From positions 4,061 to 68,060 of the forward strand of contig CACJOA010000003.1 of NCBI GenBank assembly GCA_902594915.1: a DNA stretch of 64,000 nt. Reading direction: 5' to 3'. Below are positions 60,210 to 64,000 of the stretch, piece by piece; the first letter of the stretch is position 1, and each line of letters opens with the position of its first letter. A program made the translations under genes and the position numbers. The notes below the pieces were generated by a model. It did no database searches. It worked only from the letters and a program-made list of their open reading frames with translations, and was not told the DNA's origin. This stretch comes from an uncultured Pelagibacteraceae bacterium. Its GTDB lineage: Bacteria > Pseudomonadota > Alphaproteobacteria > Pelagibacterales > Pelagibacteraceae.

Positions 60210-61177
60210 GTGAATTTTGTATAATTGGTTCTGGAATATCTGGATCTACAATTGCAAATCTTCTTAATAAAAAATATTCAGTAATTTTGTTCGACAAAGC
60301 AAGAGGTCCTGGGGGTCGTGCATCTTTTAAAAGAATAAAAGGTAAAACAGGTTTTGATCATGGTACTCAGTATATTTCACCAAAAACAAACAAATTTAAA
60401 AAATTTATTAAAGATTTAATAAAAAAAAGAATTTTAAAAGTATGGGGTGGCAAACACATTTTTCTTAATTCAAAAAAAAACGAGGATAAAAAACATCTAA
60501 AAGTAATTGGCAAAAATGGAAACAATGATATATGCAAACATTTGCTAAAGAAAATTAGTTGCAACTATCACAGTGAACTAAAAAAAATCTATTATAAAAA
60601 TAAACTCTGGTATTTGTTATTTGACGATGGAAAATTAAGATCCTTTAAAAACCTAATTTTGACTTGTCCTTTTCCACAATTAAAAAAACTTTCTAAGAAA
60701 TTTATTAATAATTCTTTTTTAAGAAAATCCATAAAAATGGATGCAAATATTACTACTATGATTGCGATAAAAAAAAGTAAGAATTCAAATAGTAGCTATC
60801 TCTTTGAAGATCCAATTCTTGGTTGGGCAGGAAATGAAAACTCAAAAAAAAGATTTAGATCAAAATATGATTTATGGACTCTTCAAAGTACATTTAAATG
60901 GGCAAATAAAAAGATTAATAAAAACAAGAATAACAAAAAAGAAAATTCACAAATTATGATCGATAAATTTTTTAAACTTTCAAATATCAGAAAAACAAAA
61001 ATTTATTATTCACTTAATCACGGTTGGCGATACTCTTCAAATTCGAGACCATTTAAAATTAAAAGTTATTGGGATCCTAGTAAAAAATTGGGTGTTTGTG
61101 CCGATTGGTTTGTAGGACCTAGATTAGAGTCTGGATGGATAAGTGCACATGATTTATTTAGAAAAATCTCAAGATGA
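60206..61177 (+). CDS. Renalase-like NAD(P)/FAD-dependent oxidoreductase
   Basis: IIGSGISG, DKARGPGGR, FDHGTQY, H.WRYS, CADW..GPRLE.GW.S. Confidence 0.85.
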   Translation: MSEFCIIGSGISGSTIANLLNKKYSVILFDKARGPGGRASFKRIKGKTGFDHGTQYISPKTNKFKKFIKDLIKKRILKVWGGKHIFLNSKKNEDKKHLKVIGKNGNNDICKHLLKKISCNYHSELKKIYYKNKLWYLLFDDGKLRSFKNLILTCPFPQLKKLSKKFINNSFLRKSIKMDANITTMIAIKKSKNSNSSYLFEDPILGWAGNENSKKRFRSKYDLWTLQSTFKWANKKINKNKNNKKENSQIMIDKFFKLSNIRKTKIYYSLNHGWRYSSNSRPFKIKSYWDPSKKLGVCADWFVGPRLESGWISAHDLFRKISR

Positions 61178-61178
61178 A

Positions 61179-61859
61179 TTAATTGAAATTTTTTAATTTA
61201 TATTCCCAGTTACCCATTCTTGAATAGGATACTTTTAATATCATTAAATTTTTACGATCATACCAAATGTCAAAATCTAATCTTTTATCTTTCGGTATAC
61301 TCATGTCTTTAGACTTCAGTGTAAAATGATCAACATCATAAACTTTTCCATAAAGATCTATTTTTTCTTTACCTAAAAAAGTCACCACTTGATCCTTAAT
61401 ACTCCCTGAGATAGGACTAATTTGAGAACTCGCTAGTAAAATTTTGTGATTCCACCAATTTCCAATCACGTTATGAGCTGAGGCTTCTCCATTATATGAA
61501 GAGCCTTGAATATCAAATTTTTTATTTTTTTTATTATATGTTAAATTTACAAACTTCTTTTTGTCGTTTTGTAAAGTTTTAGAATTATAAGAAACTAATA
61601 GATCTTTGAGATATTTTTCTTCACTAAAGCCTTCAACTTTGAAAACCGTTGCCCCCAAAAGTTTAACTACAAATTTAATTTGATTAGTAACAATAGTTTC
61701 TGTTCCATTTCTATTGAAAAAATAATGATTGTAGCCTATAAGCTTACCATTTCGAAAAATTTCCATCTCAATTTTCTTGTATTTAATGTAATGTCCAATA
61801 TGAGCAATTGAATTTGTTGAATAAATCAAGAGAAATAAAATGACTATAATTTTTTTCAT
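61179..61859 (-). CDS. Exported protein, DUF6134-like
   Basis: Signal peptide, RNG..IG, beta-rich, IWYD. Confidence 0.6.
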   Translation of the reverse strand: MKKIIVILFLLIYSTNSIAHIGHYIKYKKIEMEIFRNGKLIGYNHYFFNRNGTETIVTNQIKFVVKLLGATVFKVEGFSEEKYLKDLLVSYNSKTLQNDKKKFVNLTYNKKNKKFDIQGSSYNGEASAHNVIGNWWNHKILLASSQISPISGSIKDQVVTFLGKEKIDLYGKVYDVDHFTLKSKDMSIPKDKRLDFDIWYDRKNLMILKVSYSRMGNWEYKLKNFN

Positions 61860-61909
61860 TTAACAAATAGTTTAATAGACTTTATTAGCAATAGAAATAA
61901 CTTATTAAA

Positions 61910-62557
61910 ATGTTTTTAAAAATTAAGAAAATACCAAGGGTCAATTGGAGTTCTGATAAGCCTTATAATTTTAAACCAAAATTCTCCACATTCTTTTTTT
62001 TATGTTTTGGTTTGATTTTATTTGGTCTTGGAGAAGGTTTATTAATTGTATCTTTTACTGGCGCTTCTCCATGGAGTGTTCTAGCACAAGGTATTTCTCT
62101 AAATGTTAACTTAAGTATAGGAATAATTACATTTTTAATTAGTGTTGCAGTTTTAATTCTATGGATACCCCTTGGTCAAAAACCAGGGATGGGAACAATA
62201 CTCAATGCAATCATTATTGCATTGATGATTGATCTTTGTATAACATTTGTTCCAACCCCATCTAACTACTTATATCAATTAATTTTAGCAATAGTTTCAG
62301 TAATAACAGTTGGGATTGGCGGAGGTATTTATTTAGTTTCTAATCTTGGAGCAGGACCAAGAGATGGATTAATGATTGGTTTGCAAAAAATAACTAACTT
62401 ACCAGTAGCTACTGTTAGAGCATTTTTAGAAATTTCAGTAGTTAGTATTGGTTGGTATTTAGGTGGAACAGTAGGTATTGGAACTTTATTGTTCGCCTTC
62501 GGTATTGGTCCGTGTGTTGCTTTAGGATTGTTCTTGGTGGATAAAATTTTTGATTAG
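61910..62557 (+). CDS. YczE/YitT-like membrane protein
   Basis: GASPW.VL.QG, GT, LGAGPRDGLM, GG.VG.GT. Confidence 0.85.
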   Translation: MFLKIKKIPRVNWSSDKPYNFKPKFSTFFFLCFGLILFGLGEGLLIVSFTGASPWSVLAQGISLNVNLSIGIITFLISVAVLILWIPLGQKPGMGTILNAIIIALMIDLCITFVPTPSNYLYQLILAIVSVITVGIGGGIYLVSNLGAGPRDGLMIGLQKITNLPVATVRAFLEISVVSIGWYLGGTVGIGTLLFAFGIGPCVALGLFLVDKIFD

Positions 62558-64000
62558 GCTGCGGCGCCTGATTTCTCACTTCTTTTTCTTTCATGAGGAT
62601 CTAATATTGCCTTTCTTAATCGGCAGGAATCTGGAGTAATTTCTAAGGCTTCATCAGTGTTTAACATACTTAATTGTTCAGCAATCGACATTTTTCTTAC
62701 TGGTGTTAATACAACGTTTTCATCGGTGCCTTGTGTTCTCATATTAGTTAATTTTTTGCCCTTCATAACATTAATAATCATATCACCTGGTTTAGGAGAT
62801 AAACCAACAATCATACCTGGATAAACTGGATCATTATGTGTTACAAACATCTCACCTCTGGCTTGCAGGTTAAATATTGCAAAAGCAACTGCTTTTCCTT
62901 GCTCCATAGAAATTAAGGCACCATTTCTTCTACCCTCCATTTCTCCCTCAAATGGACCATATTCATGAAAAATTCTATTGATAACACCATTTCCTTTTGT
63001 AAGCGTTAAAAATCTACTTGTGTATCCCATCAAACCTCTAGTTGGTGCATGAAATATAAGTCTCTTTTTGTTTTTACCGGTATCTTTTAACTCTATTAAT
63101 TTACCTTTTCTTCTGTTCATTGAGTCAATTATTTTTGACGAGTGTTCTTCATCAAGATCCATGGTAATTTCTTCTATTGGTTCAAGTTTTTTTCCATTTT
63201 CATCTTTTTTATAAAGAACTTTTGGAGGACTGACAGTCATTTCAAAACCCTCTCTTCTCATTTGAGTAAGTAAAATTTCTAACATTAATTCGCCTCGGCC
63301 ACTTACTACGAATGAGTCATTTCCCTCATTTTCGGTAAAAGTTATACCAACATTATTTTGTGCTTCTTGAATTAATCTATCTCTTATTTGTGTACTTGTT
63401 AGTTTTTTACCCTCTGTGCCAGCTAAGGGCGATGTATTTACTGTGATTGTAATTGACATTGTTGGAGGATCTATAGGAGTAGCTTCTATTGGCTCATTTA
63501 CCTCAAGATCGCAAATAGTATCTGCAACATTAGCTTTTTCTAATCCTGCAACTACTACTATATCTCCAGCCTCACCAACCTCAATTGGAGTTTTTTTGGT
63601 TCCTTCATACCTAAAAATTTTAGTTAATCTCCCTTCATCAACTTTTTCTCCATTTAAGTTAATTGCTTTAATTGCCTGATTAGCTTTTGCAGTTCCTTGT
63701 GAAATTCTACCTACTAAACTTCTTCCTAAGAAACTATCAGCGTAAAGAAGTGTAGATAGCATAGCAAATGGTTTTGATTTATCTAACTCGGCTGGTTTAA
63801 CATGTTCTACTATTTTGTCTAAAAGTGGATTAAGATTTTCTCTTGGGCCATCAACATCAATATCAGCCCATCCAGATCTTCCACTCGCATACAATACTGG
63901 AAAATCTAATTGATCCTCATTAGCATCTAAGTTTACAAATAAATCAAAGGTTTCATCTAAAACCTCATTAGCTCTTTGATCCGATTTGTCTAATTTATTA
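62554..64000 (-). CDS. typA: Translational GTPase TypA/BipA, 5' end outside window
   Basis: INKLD at window edge, GRGEL, RREGFE, PTRGL.G, KKLTNMR, EITP...RLRK. Confidence 0.97.
   Translation of the reverse strand, partial: NKLDKSDQRANEVLDETFDLFVNLDANEDQLDFPVLYASGRSGWADIDVDGPRENLNPLLDKIVEHVKPAELDKSKPFAMLSTLLYADSFLGRSLVGRISQGTAKANQAIKAINLNGEKVDEGRLTKIFRYEGTKKTPIEVGEAGDIVVVAGLEKANVADTICDLEVNEPIEATPIDPPTMSITITVNTSPLAGTEGKKLTSTQIRDRLIQEAQNNVGITFTENEGNDSFVVSGRGELMLEILLTQMRREGFEMTVSPPKVLYKKDENGKKLEPIEEITMDLDEEHSSKIIDSMNRRKGKLIELKDTGKNKKRLIFHAPTRGLMGYTSRFLTLTKGNGVINRIFHEYGPFEGEMEGRRNGALISMEQGKAVAFAIFNLQARGEMFVTHNDPVYPGMIVGLSPKPGDMIINVMKGKKLTNMRTQGTDENVVLTPVRKMSIAEQLSMLNTDEALEITPDSCRLRKAILDPHERKRSEKSGAAA

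Noticed and set aside
875-63679. Many 60-140 aa ORFs nested in or antisense to long genes (e.g. 10152-10574, 24833-25180, 30718-31008, 38234-38518, 47693-48658, 63416-63679)
   Set aside because: They lie within well-conserved genes, show no motifs and are expected shadow ORFs

Overview
Very AT-rich, extremely compact bacterial chromosome segment with tiny intergenic gaps and many overlapping stop/start codons. Gene content and order point to a streamlined alphaproteobacterium, most likely SAR11/Pelagibacterales (inference: regA, chvI-chvG-ahcY-tsaE-amgK-murU, rpmH-rnpA-yidD-yidC-argB-dapD-dapE, dcd-murA-DUF2948-hisD-infA, tRNA-His without G-1, trpB-trpA-accD-folC opposite trxA, tldD-pmbA, typA). 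It is mostly core genome, with three tRNAs and no recognisable IS, integrase, prophage or CRISPR array. Most notable observations: (1) a three-nuclease cluster (RmuC with an altered catalytic motif, an MGME1/phage-like PD-(D/E)XK exonuclease, Exonuclease I) directly upstream of trxA, where addAB usually sits, while addAB is also missing after murU; (2) an unannotated His-rich sORF with hairpins ahead of a tRNA-His-hisS-hisZ-hisG unit; (3) a TrpB/TrpA pair with many substitutions at normally invariant active-site and allosteric residues; (4) hisG frameshifted in an A8 run; (5) several small genes missed by the ORF track. All family calls come from motif recognition by eye; no database search was run.
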